DNA from: Candidatus Omnitrophota bacterium
GTDB taxonomy: Bacteria > Omnitrophota > Gorgyraeia > Gygaellales > Profunditerraquicolaceae
Length of the DNA: 64,000 nucleotides
Assembly: GCA_003598025.1 (NCBI GenBank)
Contig: QZKH01000003.1
Location: forward strand, 503,221-567,220
Direction of reading: 5' to 3'
Part shown: piece by piece, positions 63,110 through 64,000 of the stretch
Layout of the letters: each line of letters begins with the position of its first letter
Numbering within the stretch: position 1 is the first letter of the stretch
Notes under the pieces: generated by a model
Seen by the model: only the letters and a program-made list of their open reading frames with translations
Databases searched by the model: none
What the model was told of the DNA's origin: nothing
Translations under genes and position numbers: made by a program

Positions 63110-63402
63110 TAGAAATCACCTCCCTCGTCAAGCAAATCCTTATGCTTTTCAACAAAGGCTTCCAAGCTTTCAGAGCCGTTTGGCTTAATGCCTTTAGCCA
63201 TAAGCTTATAAACGTTCTTCATTAGATTTCTTTCTTCCCAGAGAGCGGATAGGCCAAATGCCTGCTCCGGAAGATCCTCTTGATACGTTCTGTATTGAGA
63301 ATTACGCGGCTTTGAATACCTTTCCATACAGGCATCCGCGCGCAGCACCCCATCCTCAAATTTTTCGTTTTTCTTTAATACTTCTTTTTTTACTTGGCTC
63401 AT
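63109..63402 (-). CDS. Hypothetical protein
   Basis: 97-aa ORF; start overlaps the downstream ORF by 1 nt; no motif. Confidence 0.3.
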   Translation of the reverse strand: MSQVKKEVLKKNEKFEDGVLRADACMERYSKPRNSQYRTYQEDLPEQAFGLSALWEERNLMKNVYKLMAKGIKPNGSESLEAFVEKHKDLLDEGGDF

Positions 63403-63825
63403 GTAAGCCTCCTTTCTTTTGACGCCTAAAAATCCAAGCCCAATGATTTGAAGTGATTTTTAAGGCAACCCAAAAAATCACGGTCTTTTGTCAAGAAAAC
63501 AGGTATGCCCGAAAGCAAACGACGCAAGGAGTGAGCTTTCCTGGGAGTCCTTGAGAAAAATTGAGACTCCCCGAAGGGGCAGAATACTTCTGATACCTTG
63601 CATCTTGAGGCAGACCACAAGTGCAAGGTAGAGGCGAATTATTCTCAAGGATTTTCTTGCACAAAAGTCAATCTTGGGCTATTTTTACGGCGGAGAAGAA
63701 GAAAGAGGCGTAACTTGAAGACAAGGAAAAACAGGAAGAAAATTTGAGGATGGACAAAAAGCGCGGAACCGTGGAAAAACTGAATTCCCAACTATCCGCT
63801 CTCTTCTTGAGCTTTGCTTTTATTT

Positions 63826-64000
63826 AGGCTGGTTTAAGATTTTCTTATTCTCAAACCCTTTTGCCCGGTATTCAATTATGTGGTAATGAATTGAGCCTTC
63901 CACATCAACGTACCCAAGCGTTATATCAGCCATTTTGATATCGCTGTCCAAAGCTAAATCATCGAAGTTTTTAATCTGCTTATGCAATTCTTTTAACCAG
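63826..64000 (-). CDS. C-terminal fragment of a gene running off the window end
   Basis: Reverse frame reads ...WLKELHKQIKNFDDLALDSDIKMADITLGYVDVEGSIHYHIIEYRAKGFENKKILNQPK*; unknown function. Confidence 0.3.

Overview
The window is a 64-kb stretch of a low-GC (roughly 35-40 %) bacterial chromosome, with almost every gene on the minus strand. The gene content (a 6,541-aa giant ORF, dozens of stand-alone receiver proteins) is reminiscent of Omnitrophota-like or candidate-phylum genomes, but that is speculation. Reading left to right:

- 1-16.2 kb: housekeeping and envelope genes. These include a fused MsrB-MsrA, ArfB, an M48 peptidase, TadA, a DEAD-box helicase, a peptidoglycan-remodelling cluster (polysaccharide deacetylase, class-A beta-lactamase-like protein, PG-binding proteins, LysM-amidase), aquaporin Z and an MBL-rhodanese fusion.
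- 16.3-23.3 kb: an accessory island of about 7 kb bracketed by a near-perfect 69-bp inverted repeat. It holds a four-gene minus-strand operon (HEPN-like protein, KTSC protein, Cas4/RecB-like PD-(D/E)xK Fe-S nuclease, OLD-family ABC-ATPase+Toprim protein). Divergent from it is a restriction-modification (R-M) module of the C-protein type whose beta-class N6A/N4C methyltransferase is fused to a complete, cleavage-competent LexA repressor.
- 23.2-26.4 kb: a 560-bp GC-rich repetitive spacer, a large serine recombinase and a phage-replisome-organizer-like gene with iteron-like repeats. This looks like the remnant of an integrative element.
- 27-60 kb: a 19.6-kb giant gene (6,541 aa; signal peptide, TM clusters, HExxH motif, TPRs, internal repeat families, about 900 aa of coiled coil, M20-like peptidase and HAD-like domains). 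It sits inside a locus unusually rich in single-domain CheY-like receivers, pseudo-receiver tandems, an acyl carrier protein, a superinfection-immunity-like peptide, a multi-TM histidine kinase and a PilZ-methyltransferase fusion.
- 60-64 kb: an IS30-family insertion sequence and small hypothetical genes.

No rRNA, tRNA or CRISPR array was seen. The features I consider most likely to be novel are the candidate OLD-ATPase/Cas4-like defence operon, the LexA-methyltransferase fusion within the R-M module, the inverted-repeat-bounded cassette next to the recombinase, and the multidomain giant protein embedded in a phosphorelay locus.
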